A stretch of 64,000 nucleotides of DNA, taken from contig NC_087438.1 in assembly GCF_036321535.1 (NCBI RefSeq), positions 1 to 64,000 on the forward strand, written 5' to 3'. Below the pieces are notes generated by a model that saw only the letters and a program-made list of their open reading frames with translations, was not told the DNA's origin and did no database searches. The stretch is from Camelus dromedarius (taxonomy: Eukaryota). The translations under genes and the position numbers were made by a program. This document shows, in pieces, positions 49,541-63,285 of the stretch; the first letter of the stretch is position 1; every line of letters begins with the position of its first letter.

Positions 49541-52500
49541 GCACAAGTGAACCACAGAGCTGAGGTCCAGCCCTGTCTCCACCCACATCAGAACCTCAGA
49601 GAGCTCCAAGGGTCAGATGAGGGATCAGAGGGTCCTCTGCTCTGCCCAAGACGATGGCTGGAAGGGCCCTCTGAGGTCAGGCTCGCCCTCTTTGACTGAG
49701 CCCAAGGTTCAGAACCTGTGCCCAGGGGAGGGGAGGCCCAGAATCTGCAAGGATGTGCAAGGGTTTGGGGTCGCCAGGTGCAGTCTCAGTGTCCAGACTC
49801 CTACAGGGGTTGATGCTTGCAGCACATCCTCTTGGTGGTTCTCCAAGACTGAGCTTCTGGAAACAGATGGAGAGATGCAGATTTGTTCACATGATGCTGC
49901 AAGGAAAAGCTGGGTTGTGACATGGTTTGGAATAGAAAAAGGGCCAATTTTTCCCAATATATTTTAAAAAATAAAATTTAGGGCCCCATTACCAATGGAT
50001 AGAGTCGTTATGTAAACTGCTGGCCAGATTGTAGAGCCTGGAGCGAAAGTGCCAGCACCATCAACCTGTAGTTTAAACAACCTGTTCCTCCTCCTCTCTG
50101 ACTCCCAGAGCCACCTCCCAGCCCTCCTGTCACCTCGACCCGCCAGCCACACTGGCTGCCCTCTCCAGGTCTCTCCTGTCCAGCTCAGCCCATCTCTCTC
50201 CACTCTTGCCCCCTCTGGTACATCTGTTTCTGCACCAGAGCCCCTGCGTGAGGAGACGGCTCCAGCATCAGTAGTGTCCCTGAACCGTGTCCATCCCCAC
50301 CTCACTCCAACTCTCCTCAGTATATAAAGAGAGCCTCATAGTCAGTAACGAAAGGACACAGGTCCCAGTGAAGATGGGCAAAGATCAGACCAGAAAGTCA
50401 CTCAAGAAGCAGAGGTGTCGGTGAGAAGTGAAAGACACGTCCAGATAGGGGCTTCTTCCATCTTTTCAGGCTCTAAGCCAGCATCCTATCTCCGAAGCAC
50501 AGTCAGTGGCACATTTATTTGAAACATGCCTTTGCCTGTATACTTGTGACCAAACGTGGGTTATCTATTGTTCATTTTTTCAGATGCAAACGTGAGTTTT
50601 GCTTTCATGCTTGAGGAGTGGAAATGTTGGAACTTCTGGGACTCTGAAATTAGGATTTCTCAAAATGTATTTCTTCCCATAGTCAGGTGAAACACAGGCT
50701 GACCAGAGGGAGCTGGTCCTGCTGGGACAAGGCCAGAGGGCCTCCCTGTCCAGCTCACTCTGGGCACTCTGGGCCCTTCTTTTGTCCTGCACCCTGAAGT
50801 CTGACCAGGATGACCATATTCCTTTTGGAGCAAGTGCTCTGAGCTCAGCCACAGATTACTGCTTAGCATTGAGACACACAGAACAGGCTTTACTCTCTGC
50901 CCTGAAAATGTTGCAGGTACGTATGGGCCTGGGAGCAACCCAAAAGCTTTAGAAGACAAGTATTTCAGTTTTCTTTGTAGCTTATTCTATAAAGAATCAC
51001 TAGGGTCTAAAAATAGTAAAGCAAGAGGCAGAGACCCCAACTCTTGTGTCTGGGAAAATGGTTCTTAGGACAGTTTGCAGAAACATGTACTGGAAACAGG
51101 TCTTTTCATCTGATAACTTCAACATGGTGAGGGACATTCTTAGAGAATGCCAGGTGCCTTTGGGAAAACTTCATTTGCCTTAAAATTTCCCACAAGCACC
51201 TGGTTTCTGACTTCCTGCCTGAGTCAGAATGACTGGGGCAGGGTGGAGGGTGGGTAGGGTTCTGACATTTGGGAGCAGAGACAGGCATTGACATGGTGTC
51301 TTGGAGACCCTGAGGTGTAGAAGCCCCCTTGTCCAGAACACTAAGTCGCCACCTTCAAGGCACTTTCAGAATTGGTAAAAACAAACCACCATGAAGGAAA
51401 ACCAGTGAACCATTTTCACACCTACATAATTTATAAGTAGGAGCAATACTCAGTGTGCTGTTGAGTTAAATCACCCCCTTTGACCTCCATTCGACAGTCT
51501 TTTACCGAAACTAATCATGTCATGACCACATCCAGGGCTTATGTGCTCAAAGGCTGAAGAAAAGAGCAAACCCAGTGACTCCAACAGGGGTCCAAAGAAA
51601 ATGAGTGTCTTCTCATTTCCACTTCACATTTATCTGCCCATCAGAGGTCTTGCAAGACCTGCCATGAGGCCAGCCTGCCACCTCCACGTGCCAGGCCAGC
51701 CCAGCCCTGCCATCAGCCTGGAGCACAGCAGCGCCTGGTGGTGGAGAGGGTCAGGGATGCAGTGCTCAGCCCCTCCCCAACTACGTCTGCGCTGCAGCTC
51801 CCAGCACGCAAGGCTGGCGTGAATCCTGGCCCAGGGCCTGTGTCCCCATAAAGCTAAGGCTTCCCCCCCCCCCCCGGGAGGCCCCATAAGGCAGTGAAAC
51901 GCACCTCACTGGACCTCCAGTTTTGAGGCCAGACCCCAAGCTGCAGCCCCGCCGCAGGCCTTGATGTAGGTAGGGTTCTGCCCACCAGGAACCACTGCTG
52001 GGACTGGCGCCTGTGAGGCCAGGGCCACAACCCCCAAGTCTCCATCCATCCCTTCCTAACTTCCCGAGGCACCACTTCCCCAAGCCTTAGGCCAGCCGTC
52101 TGCGGTCTTGTAGGCTTCTGCTTGTGGGTCTAGACCTCCAGGTATGATGTGGGCTGAGCTCAGGCAGAATCACGGCAGCTGTGTTGGACCCAGGGGAACT
52201 TTAGAAGGAGGGCTGGGTCTGGAATAGAGAAAATAAAGGCTCTTTCCAAGGTGGGCAGTTAATCGTGTGACTGTGGAGTCCCCCTGTCTTGGGGAGGGGT
52301 TGGATGATAAGACAACAGAGTCCTCCCAGCACTCAGGTCCTTTGGCACTCTCTCGGGCCACCTCACTGGGTGTTGGGGAGGCAGTGGGGGCCGGGCTCAC
52401 AGCTCAGAGATGAGAGAGGACACCCATGCACATCCATGGGCTCCAGCACCCACTTGGTCCCCAAGCCTCACCAGCCCCTTCCTCAGGAAGTGTGTTACAG

Positions 52501-55500
52501 GAATTAACCAACGAGGCACAAGACGTGCTCAGAGAAGGACCAACCCTGGCTGTAGGAAGAAATCCACATTCCTATTAGGGTGCGGGATAGGGAGCCTGGG
52601 GATATGAGACAGGAAGACAAGGAGGCTTGTTCCCCACAAAGAGGGGGAGGTAGTTTGTGGGGTCAGCCTCCATGTTTCATTCCACCTCAGAGAGAGTGCA
52701 GAGGGGTGTGTGTGTGCATACATGTGTTTTTGTATGTGCACATGTGTGTTGCGTGTGCATGTGTGTTTCACGGAGAGGGCCGGCTCCCCAGCTTTGGCAC
52801 ATGGCTTCCGGTTGGCTTGGCTGTCCCTGACCTGCAGGGGGTCTGCCCCTCCTGTCCTCTGGGACCAGCCTTGTTGAATTAGGGTCTCCAGAGAGCTGTG
52901 CTGCCTCTTCCTTCCTGCAGCCTTGGTTCTCAGCCTGGTGCACCCAGGGACTGGAAGCTCTGTAGGGGCCGGGCAGCCTGGGCCCTGGGGAAGGGGTGGA
53001 AGGGGTGGTTTCTGGCCTGGAGGGAGGAACGGGCCTCAGTCCTGCCCATCCAGCTGCCTCACACATGCCTCAGGCCTCACATCTTCAGTCTTGATTTTGC
53101 TCTTCCCTCATTGTTCTGTGGCCCTGACGTTTTTCTTACTTTTCCTGCTTCTTCCCCACTGATTTGTTGATTTGCTCTCAGACACCTGTTCTGGGTTTTC
53201 CAAGGACTGCTTGTCTGTGGAGTTCTCGTCACAAGAGCTCTGTTCTGTCCTGTCCTGTCTGACCCTCCATGCCCCCTTCATTTAACAACAGTGCCGCCAG
53301 ATTAGAGCTCACTCAGCCTCCACATGCTTCCTCATTTGATCTTCCCAGAATCCAGGGGTCACTGGCAGGGGTGGTTTTGCCAGCCCCTCTGGCTCTAGTG
53401 GCCAGGCCCATCCATCACATGTCCCACTCACTGCAGCGCCCAGTGAACATGGACAGAAAGGAAAGGGACAAGAGAGTGCCCAAGACAGTCACCTCAGGAA
53501 GTGTTGGTGGCCAGGCGCAGTGTGGTGAGTTTACCAGGAAGGGGCTGTGGATGGCCAGGCAGCTCCTCTGATGCCGCCCTCCCCCGTGGGCCTCCATGGC
53601 CACCCTAGACAAGTGGTGTGGGCGGGACAGCCATGGGGAATCCTGGAGGCCAGCTCTTCTTGTCCAGCTGGGACAGGGTGAGGGGCCCTTTGTTTGTAAG
53701 GAAGCGGCTATCCCACAGTGACCAGCTTTAAGGAGGACCAACTCTAAGGCAATAATCCAGGGGCTTAGCACAGCTGCTTTGTCGTGAGAGTAAAAGTTCA
53801 TTAGATTCCTTATCAGAGTGATTTGCCATGAATTTGACAGGATTAAAATGGCACCACATACTTATGGGTCCACAGTTATTTCCTGGTCACACGGCAGCCC
53901 TGGCAGGGGGTCCCCTGGCAGATGGCTCTTTCCTGCAAGTCATTCAGAGACCAGGTGTGCCTTCCAGCCTGTGGCCCTGCCTTCACCTAGGGCCATGCCA
54001 CCTGTAGCCAGGTGACAAGGGAAGAAGAGCATGGTGGGGGCTTGGCTGGCTCTCCTGAGGGAGAGAGGGAGAGCCAGGGCCTGTGTACCTGCTCTGGAGG
54101 AGAGTGGACTTTGGTGGAGAAACCCTAAAACTGTTCATGAGGAGAAGTGCTGAATAATGTTCTGTGTGTAAATGTGACTTTAGTTACAAACATTTGACTA
54201 TCTGCTATTTAACCATCGGCAGATTGGTCAAAACTAACAACCTAACGTGGTATTTTGCTTCACACATCGAAACTCACGTCTTGCGTGAGGAACTACAAAG
54301 TGCTGGAGTCGGTACTGGGACAGCAGACACGAGTGTGTAGGGTGGACGACGCTCCCCCGTGACCTTTTACACTGCTCTGTTACCGAGGCCTGACATTCCA
54401 CAGAGCACTGCAAGGTTTTCTGAAGACTGGTTCAAAGCTGGGTCCAGACACCTCTGTCCAGGACAAAGAGGCAGGGCCTCCCAAGCCTCAGGAGGACCTT
54501 GTGGGAGGGCCTGACTCTGTAGAGGGCTCAGCCTGCAGCCCTTCCCATGAAGCAGCGCGCTGCGGGGACAGCCTGTGAGGTCGCCACTCTGGACCCCTTA
54601 GTCTGTGCTCTTTGGAATGGCCCTCTCCAGCCTGAGGGAGCTCCCTGACCTTGTGCAGGAAGTATCAGGTTAGGAAACTTCAGACTCACCTCCGTGACAG
54701 AGCCAGGCTCCCTCCTCATGCCTGGTGGGGGTGCCACAAGGTTGGGCCACTCACCCTGGGGTGCTTTGTCTGAAGCCCACAGACAGCCTTGGTTGAGTGA
54801 AGAGAGGCTTTAGGGCAGAAAGAAAAGTGCAGATCAGGAGTGAAAAGGGAGCTGGGCAGGTTGGTCTCCGACTGGGGTAAAGAGGGGAAAATGTGCCAGC
54901 AAAGCGCAGAGGGCCAACAGCAGACATAGGTCTTGCAGGGCCAGCAGCCCCAGCCCGCGTCTGCCGGGCCTCCTGGGCCCCGACTGCAGAGGGTGCAGCA
55001 GTGAGGGGACACTGGTGTCAGGAACGCGGTGTCTCCTGGAAGCTGTGGCTCAGCGTGCATTCTCTGCCCACTTGGCCAGATTCTTTCCTTCAGGGCACAG
55101 AAGGGCCTTTGCTTTCAAGCCCTGAGGCCCTGGGAGCTCCAGTCTCCTTGCTGTGGCTGTACCTGAGGCCCTGGAAACAGGGACCGGGGAGAAGAGCAGT
55201 GGGGGAACCGGGAGGAGGCTGAGCCCTCAGGCCTGCCTGCAACTGTGGGCACAGGTCACAGGGAGATACCCGATCAAAGAGGCTCCATCCTGCCTGCCCC
55301 ACACAGGCCACCCATGGATTTCAGCTGTCCTCAGGAATCCCGGGGAAAGGTGGCTCTTTCTGTCTCTTTGGAACCAAGGTTTCCAGAGTGGAAACAGTCA
55401 AGAGTTCAAGAGGGGACATTTTGAAAAGCATTCATGGGAGAGAATTGCCTCCAGCATTACTGCTTTCGGCTCCCAAACAATGTGGGGTTTTTACATTTTT

Positions 55501-56029
55501 TTTTTAATTTTAAGATTTCTTTTTATTTTTTAATTTTCAAAACTAAAAAAAATCCTTAATTAATTTTTTCTTTTACTGAACAATGTGGTTTAATGATATT
55601 TGTTAACTCATCTTTCATGAATAAAATGGTCGGATTGTAGGAACGCTCAACTCACTGTGCTGACGCTATGTTTTAGTTCACAGAGGCAGACTGAGTTGTC
55701 AAGGTAGGTTTCATAAATAACCTCATGGAAATTCTCAGACATCAGCAGGGCAGGTGTCGGTAAGCTCAGGGTGGGGCCCTGGAGTCTGGCGGCAGGAGGG
55801 ACCCCGCGGGGGGTTGTCGGAAGGAGGCAGGAGGCGGGGGGGGGGGGGGGGGCGGGGGCGGTGCTCAGCACAGCCTCATACCCAGCTGAGGGTCAGGGTC
55901 AAAGGTGGGACTCCAGCCCCTCAGCAGAGCAGGAGGCGGGAATGGGTTAGGTGGCTCTGGCCCGAGGGCCTCTCTGCAGCTTCGGGCTGAGGGCAGTGGT
56001 CAATCTGAAGGTCTGCTGGGTCCAGCGCA

Positions 56030-56790
56030 GGAGCTATGGCCACAGGTGGCAGCCAAGCACTTGAACTGGAGCTCCTTCAAATGGAGAGGAAGAGCAGACC
56101 TGACTCCATACTGGGTCTGTTTCTTTCACTTTAACCTTTACATCCCAAGGCTTTTGCTGCGTGTTAATGTGTTAATCGCTAAAGGGATGCTGCCTATAGA
56201 TTAAAGAGTGTGCCTAATGGCGCACCCCCAGGAACCCTGCCTCCCACACTTGAGCCTGAAGCTAAAATACCTTTTCTGAGCTCACAGGAATATTTTGGCC
56301 AGGCCTACATTTGAATGTCTTCAAGAACAAAGACTTTAACACATCGCCTCCAGGGTCTGGCAGGCACCAGAAATTTGCAATAACTTTCAACCTTAAGCTC
56401 CCACTCTTTGCAGCACAAAACAAACTCACATCCACACCTGGGCAAGATGGTTAGTCCGCCACCTTCTCAGTCCCCTGGCTTTCCAAATAGAAGTGCTATT
56501 CCTTGCCTCAACACTTGCCTCTCTTGTGCAGCAAGCAGTACAAGCTTGGATTCGGTGACAAGCATGAGGAACACATAAATTTCCAAGACCAATGCAGAAT
56601 AAACAAAACATCTCAGTAATTTCTCTATTGTATACATGCAGCCATAGCACTTCGGCTATATTGAGATACATAAAATATGGTATTGAAATACACTTCATCT
56701 GTTTAGGTTTATCTCTTTTTACCTTTTTAAATGCAGCTAGCAGAGACTTTCAGACGGCAGCCATGGTTCCCATTCCCCTTCTAGACCCTC
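56030..56790 (+). mobile_element. MER33/MER3-like hAT-Charlie relic interrupted by an LTR
   Basis: gccacaggtggcagccaagcacttgaa on the left and tctttttacctttttaaatgcagctagcaga on the right of the LTR. Confidence 0.55.
56082..56560 (+). mobile_element. MER41-like ERV1 solo LTR
   Basis: Starts tggagaggaagagcagacctgactccat; ends attccttgcctcaacac...gcagcaagcagtacaagcttggattcggtgaca. Confidence 0.7.
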
Positions 56791-58965
56791 GCCAGGGGTG
56801 GAGAGCCTGGCTCCCCTCAGCAGGAGTTTGTCACGGTTGCAGGCTTTGAGCTAAGCTGTTCCTGGTTACTGGGATCTTGTGCAGTGTATAGGACAGTGTT
56901 GATCATTGTGGTGGGCGACAGAAATTGACTGGGGCCGCCCACCAGAAACTGCTGGCTGCCACGGAAGAGGAATGTGACCCTAACAGCTACCTTCCCCACC
57001 CAATCCTGCAGTGAGGACACCAAGCAGGGTCCTCTTGGCTTTGTCTGCCCCATGGGGCTTCTGGTACCTTTTTCCATTCTGATGACCATCTTCCTGGAGC
57101 AGCTGCTTTACCTGATAAGGAACTCACAACAATATTGTCATGCTAAAGGAATTACACTGTAGCTGTGTCCTGGGTTTAAAGCCAGGTTTCTGTGGAATCA
57201 AGCATCATCACTCTTGGAGCTCTGCAGTTGGTTTGTGGGGGCATCACTGGCAGGTCATCCCCAGCATGTTCCTGAATTCGCTCTGCAGCCAGCCCTTCAT
57301 CTCTCCTGGCCCTAACCACACCCCCTCCCCTATAGGTTCTAGTGATTCAGGGACAGGGACGGGTGCTGCCCTCCTGGAGCAAAGCCCTATTGGGGAAGGC
57401 AGATGTTAGCCAGACAGCTGACAACAGCAGCAGCTGCAGCCTTTGGGAGGGACCCAGCAGTTTGCAGAGGGAGGGATTAAGCTAAGATCTGCAGATGAGC
57501 AGGAGTTGGGGTAGGGGTGGTGGGGACAGAGCATTCCAAATGGTGGGAACAGCATGGGGAACAGCATGTGTGAGTCCCTGTGGGCACAGCTGGTCTGTAG
57601 GCTCTGTGTGCCCCTCCCAGTCACACTCCACCCAAGGCAGCTCAGACCTGACTCCAGAGCAGTCCACAAACTTCTGTAGCAGCTGATGTCGGGCCTCAGA
57701 GCCCTGCAGTGTTCTTAAAGCCCAGCCCAGCCTGGGCCTGCAGCATCTGAGCCCATAGCATGCTTTGTGTTTACATGGGTCCTTCCTGTCCTCCAAGGCA
57801 AGTCTCCCTGTGTGCTGAGACACACAGAAGGCCCTGCTCTGAAATAACGCCCATTCCAGGGAGGGGGAATATGTCCATTTGTGCTCTGCTGCATTGATGG
57901 AACAGTTGTGAGCAGACTCTCCCGCGTGGCCCACTGAGTGCCCTAGAGGGGACAGTAGCTGTGCAGGGTTACAGCAGGTAGATTTCATAATACTTGGTTT
58001 TGACTGTTTCTGAACTGAAACAATTTTAGTTTATATGCTGCGTGATGTTCTGCTAGTGATGGATGGTGTAGCTCCCATTTGTTTCTTGGAAGAATTAGCA
58101 AATTAACATGGTAGAAACTTCTAACATGTTTAAAAAAATTTTTTTGCAATTACATTAGAGTTTTAATCTTTATTGAAATTTGAAATGCCAATACTTTGAG
58201 ACAAATACATTAAACATCAAAGCAAAACTTTTAAACAAATGCAGCTCTTTTCTTGTTGTGCTTGAGTAAAACTTTCAGCTGCTTCAGACAGGCACCTGTG
58301 GATCGTCTTTGTTTTCCTACTTTGTCCACAGTGAGCAGATGTTTAAGTGCTTTTGGAAAAGCTCAGTCAGGGAACCAGGACATGGGGATTTCCCCTCAGG
58401 CTATGTGGACGGGGCTGCCAGGGACACAAACCCTCTCAGCGAATCAACAGCGCCCAGTGTGCGTGGTGACCTACGAACAGGGTCGGCGGCCAGTACCTTG
58501 TCACCAGCAGGGCAGACAGAGCGAAAGCCTGGCCTTGGGTCCAAGGAGACTGCGTCTCTCTGCTGCTGTCCCTCAGCTGCTCTTGATGTTTGGTGACTGC
58601 GGACATATTTGCTGTGATCTATTGAAACAACAAAGGCCTGAAATAACATGAAGTGAACTTGCCAGTTTTTACATGTGAGGTCTGTGAAACAAAAATTATG
58701 AAAAGTTAAAATGTTCCACAAACAAGTAAATGAAGAAGCACAGAGTTCGCAACAAATTCGGGGCACTGAGCATGCTCAAAACGTCTCTTTATTTAAGACT
58801 TCTAAATGAACAAAGAACAGAACCTTGAAGTTCAAAAAGTACAAGCTAACAGCAGCTGTGGCCCACAGCCCGCCAGGGTCGTGACTTTTGGTGACAGAGC
58901 CTCATAGTCCTCTCAGCAGGGGAGTCCTGTCCCATTTCCAGACACTTCCTATTCCTGTCACTGAC

Positions 58966-59327
58966 AGCCAACAGACAGCCCAGGTCACCCCCCAGGACCA
59001 GCCAGAGCCAACGGACAGCCCAGGTCACCCCCGGGACCACCCAGGGCCAACGGGACAGCTCAGGTCACTCCTGGGACCACCCAGGGCCAACAGACAGCCC
59101 AGGTCACCCCCGGGACCACCCAGGGCCAACGGGACAGCTCAGGTCACCCCCAGGACCACACAGGGCCAACGGGACAGCCCAGGTCACCCCCAGGACCACC
59201 CAGGGCCAACGGGACAGCCCAGGTCACCCCCGGGACCACCCAGGGCCAACGGACAGCCCAGGTCACCCCCGGGACCACCCAGGGCCAACGGGACAGCTCA
59301 GGTCACCCCCGGGACCACCCAGGGCCA
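58966..59327. repeat. GC-rich minisatellite (VNTR), 39-40-bp unit, ~9 copies
   Basis: Unit ccagggccaacgggacagcccaggtcacccccgggaccac; AGGTCA recurs at 58982, 59022, 59062, 59101, 59141, 59181, 59221, 59260, 59300. Confidence 0.95.
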
Positions 59328-61149
59328 CACTGGCTGTGTCTCCAGCCCCCTCACCCACACACCCCTCGCCAGTTCTGGGGCACACTAGCTCTTTGTGGTC
59401 TCAGAGCACACTGTGTTCATCCTGCCTAGGGGCCACCCTGCCTGCTGTTCCCTCTGTGAGGTGGGCTGACCTCTGACCTCTGGGCAGTGAGCCCCTTTCC
59501 CCTTTCATCATCTACAGCTGAACCTTGGCCTACTCCCGCTATCTTTCTTCCTCGTGGCGCCCCTCACAGCTTGTTTTGTCTTTTCATTGGCTGAGGCCTC
59601 TCTTCCCAGGGTACCGGGGGCCTCTGAGGGCAGGGCTTGCATCTGCCCCTGTGAAGCTCAGAGTCCCGAGCGCAGCAGGTGCCCAGGAGGAGTTACTGGG
59701 CCCACAAGTGCCTCCTTCATCTCCTTGCTGCTTCCCTAGAAGGTAGACCTCACGGCCACCCTGGGTCGGAGGTTAACAAATGAGCTGCATCCACACCCAC
59801 TCCACAGACACAGTTCCCTCTGTGGGCAGCCGTCTCACAGGACAGATGGGGCAAGCAGGGAAGGAGGCTGGGCGCAAGGCAGGTGAGTGTGAGCGAGCCC
59901 GCAGGGGAAGGGTGGAACCAGGATGGGGCTGGCCGACCACCAAGGTTTGCCGAGGCCCTCCCAGTACCCAGCTCTGCCCAGTGCAGCAGCTGCTCCATGG
60001 GGTGCACCCAGGCCTGCCCGCAAGGGCTGCCCTCTGGCCTGTGAGTGGAACTGCCTTGCAGTGAATCTGCACCACACTCTCTAGGTGTGCAGCCCCATCA
60101 AGGGGCTCCCTGAGCAGGAGGCCTGTGTGGATGGGGGCGGCATAGGCTGCTCCTAATGGAATTCTCATTTGATTCACACTCCATCCATCCTCGGCCTCCC
60201 CAAGACACCCACCTGTTTGTTTCGCATGTAATTGTTGTCTGCAGCCAGGACATTTCCCAAGATAATCTCTGATTACAACTTCAAGTGAAAGCAGAGCAAA
60301 TGCAGAGTAGAATAGAAATTTAAATTTGAAAAGCAATGTGAACCATAAGCCCAGCCCTTGGCAGCTCCCATAGTAGAAACCCCAGACAGTGCACATTGCA
60401 ACAAGCCTGGTGGTTCCTCATGCAACATCCCACTCAGAGAAAAGGCATCCAGGCCCCAGGGCCCCACAGCCAGATCTGAGCAGACACACAGGGTGCTCCT
60501 GGAATAAAACCTGTGTGTCACCTCACACAGGGCTTTACACTTTAACAGCACGAGCACGTGACGGTAGCAGTCCAGAGCACTGGGGGCATTTCTAGGGTTT
60601 TTACCTAAACGACACCATGCTGTTCTGGTCCCTTTGTAACTTGCTGTCCTTTCACTCAGCACCGCTTCTGAGGCTTCTCTGTATTCATTCACTTTACGTG
60701 CCACTCTCCTTTGCATAAAGGTCACAATTCATATTTTCACCCTCATGTTGATACGCCTGGGGTGTCTCTGAGCTGAGTTCTTTCAGCGCCGTGGGGAGGA
60801 CTTCAAGCCTCCGCTGCCCAGCGCAGGCGCTCCACTCAGGTGTGTGCCCAGACGCGGTCTGCTGACCAGGAATTCACTGCGTATCCACCAACACTGGGCA
60901 AGCACCAAACACTTAGGATGTTTAAACCTCAGTATAGAAAAATATTAAGTATTTTAGCTTTGTGTTACATTTTAGAAAAAACATTTTTAACTTTAAATAT
61001 TTTAGGCCTTAAGCATTTTGCTAAACGACGGGTATACGATGAGAGCTTGTTCACGCTTGCACTAGAAAGACTGAACATCTTTTGTTTATTGAACATCAGG
61101 GTTTAGTAAGAGTTTCAAAACTGACCTTTTGAAATACCAATTTACAACC

Positions 61150-61440
61150 TGCCTGAGTTCCCATTAGTCTGTCTTTCTTATTGTAAGCTTTTAGGCGCTC
61201 TTTATATATTCTGGATTCTGACCATTAGTTGTCCACAAGAGGTCCAAACATCTCCCATTTTGTGGGTCATTTTTAAATTTATCACCCAGAAGTATGAAAC
61301 TTTAATGCAGTCAGATGTATCAATCATTTTATTCATAGACTGTGCCTTGTGCGTCTCATTTATTAAATACTTCCCTATCCCAACTTTCTAATGATCTTCT
61401 TTTCTAAGTTTTTGTTTGTCATATTTAGTTCTTCACTCTA
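61150..61440 (-). mobile_element. Older L1 ORF2 relic
   Basis: ctctttatatattctggat...tttaatgcagtcagatgtatcaatc in L1 antisense. Confidence 0.6.
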
Positions 61441-61444
61441 TTTG

Positions 61445-63250
61445 CAATTTATTTCTACTGAGGTGAAATTTATGTAACATTCACCATCTTAAAGTGCATA
61501 GTCCAGGGGCATTTAGTACATTCAGAATGTCGTGGAACTATCCCCACTACCTGGTTCCAGAGTGCTTTCATCTCTAGAAAAGGAAACCTTCTATTTAGCA
61601 ATCATTACCATTTCAGCTCCTACTCCCAGCCCCTAGCAAACAATCATTTGCTTTCTGTCCCTGTGGATTGATCTACTTTACGTATTTCATAGATAGAATC
61701 ATACGATGTGTGGCCTTTTGAATCTGCTTCTTTGAGTTAGCAAAATTTTTTTCAAGGCTCGTCCATGTTGTAGGGTGCATTAGAATTTTACTCCCACCTA
61801 TGGATGAATGATACTCCATTGTATCATTCATGGACCATATTTTGTTCATCTGTTCATCTGTAGATGGACTTTGGATTTTTTCCACCTTTTGGCTATTGTG
61901 AGCAGTGTTACTATGAACATTTGTGTACGGGTTTTCATGTGACCTTACATTTCCATTTCTCTTAAGCGTGTACCTAGGAATGGAATTGCTGGGTTACATA
62001 CTGACTCTATGTTTAACTTTTTGAGGAAACACCAAACTGTTTTCCACAGAGGCTGAACCACTTCACATTCTCAAGAGCAGTATACAAGGATTCCAATTTC
62101 TCCATTTCCTCACCTACATTTACTACCTCTGTAGTCATCCCAGTGGATGTGAAGTGGGGTCTCATCACGGTTTTGATTTACATTTCCCTAGTGATTGGTG
62201 ATGCTGAACGTCTTGTCATGTACCTGTTGACTGTCTGTATATTTTCCTTGGGGAAATGTCTAAGTCCTTTGCACATTGTAAATGGGTCATTTGTCCCTGT
62301 TGTTTCTAGGAGTTCTTTCTATATTCTGGATGTCAATCCCTTACTGAATATATGATTCACAAATATTTTCTCCCATTCTATGAGTCGTTTTTTCATTTTC
62401 TTGACAGTGTCTTTTGAAGCACAAAAGTTCTTAATTTGGATGAAGTCCAGTTTATATATATATTTTTTTTCTTCTGTTGTTTGTGCTTTTGGTATCATAT
62501 TTAATAAACCACTACCAAATTCAAGGCTGTTCAGATTTATCTCTGTTTTCTTCTAAGAATTTTGTATCTTTACACTTAGGTTTTAGACCCTTTTTTAATT
62601 AATTTTTTGTATATGGTATGAGATAAAGGTCCACCTTTATTCTTTTGCACGTTGATATCCAGTTTCCCCAGTATCAATTGTTGAAAAGACTGTCCTTTCC
62701 CCACTAAATAGTCTTGGATCCCTTGTTGAAAATTATTAGACTATATATGTGATGGTTTATTTCTAGGATCTCTATTCTGTTCCATTGGGGTATGTCTGAC
62801 CTTATGCCAGTATCATACTGTTTTAATTGCTGTAGCTTTGTAGCAAGTTTCAAATTCAGGTTCTGTGAGTCCTCCAACTTTGTTCTTTTTCAAGATTGTT
62901 GTTGCTATCAGTGGCCATTTCCAAGTGGATCTGAGGATCAGCTTTTCAATTTCTGTGAAAAAGGCTGTTGGAATTTTTATAGGCGCTGTCTTGAATCTGT
63001 AGATCATTTTGGGTGGTACTGACATCTTGACAATGTGAAGTCTTCCTATACATAAACACCTGATGTCTTCCCATTTATTCAGGTTATCTTTAACTTCTTT
63101 CAGCAATGCTTTGCAGTTTTCAACATGCAAATCTTTCACCTCCTTGGTTAGATATATTCCTAAGTATTTCATTCTTTTAGATGCTATGTTATACATGGAA
63201 TTACTTTCTTAATTTCTCTTTTGGATTGTTCATTGCTGGTGTATAGAAAC
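61445..63250 (-). mobile_element. LINE-1 (L1MB-like) 3' part, ORF2 and 3'UTR
   Basis: ORF 62813-63196 [42 protein letters not shown]...[11 protein letters not shown] is L1 ORF2. Confidence 0.92.
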
Positions 63251-63285
63251 GTGCCCACACTTAGAGGTCATGAGAATAGATGAGC

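Noticed and set aside
58888..59388. 166-aa Pro/Gly-rich ORF, or a CRISPR-like array
   Set aside because: Produced by a minisatellite with frame-shifting 39/40-bp units; no unique spacers; eukaryotic context.
44700..61100. Many overlapping 60-207-aa ORFs in GC-rich DNA
   Set aside because: No recognisable domains or consistent exon structure; expected by chance at high GC. A weak exon-like segment at ~58498-58637 (-) is unsupported.
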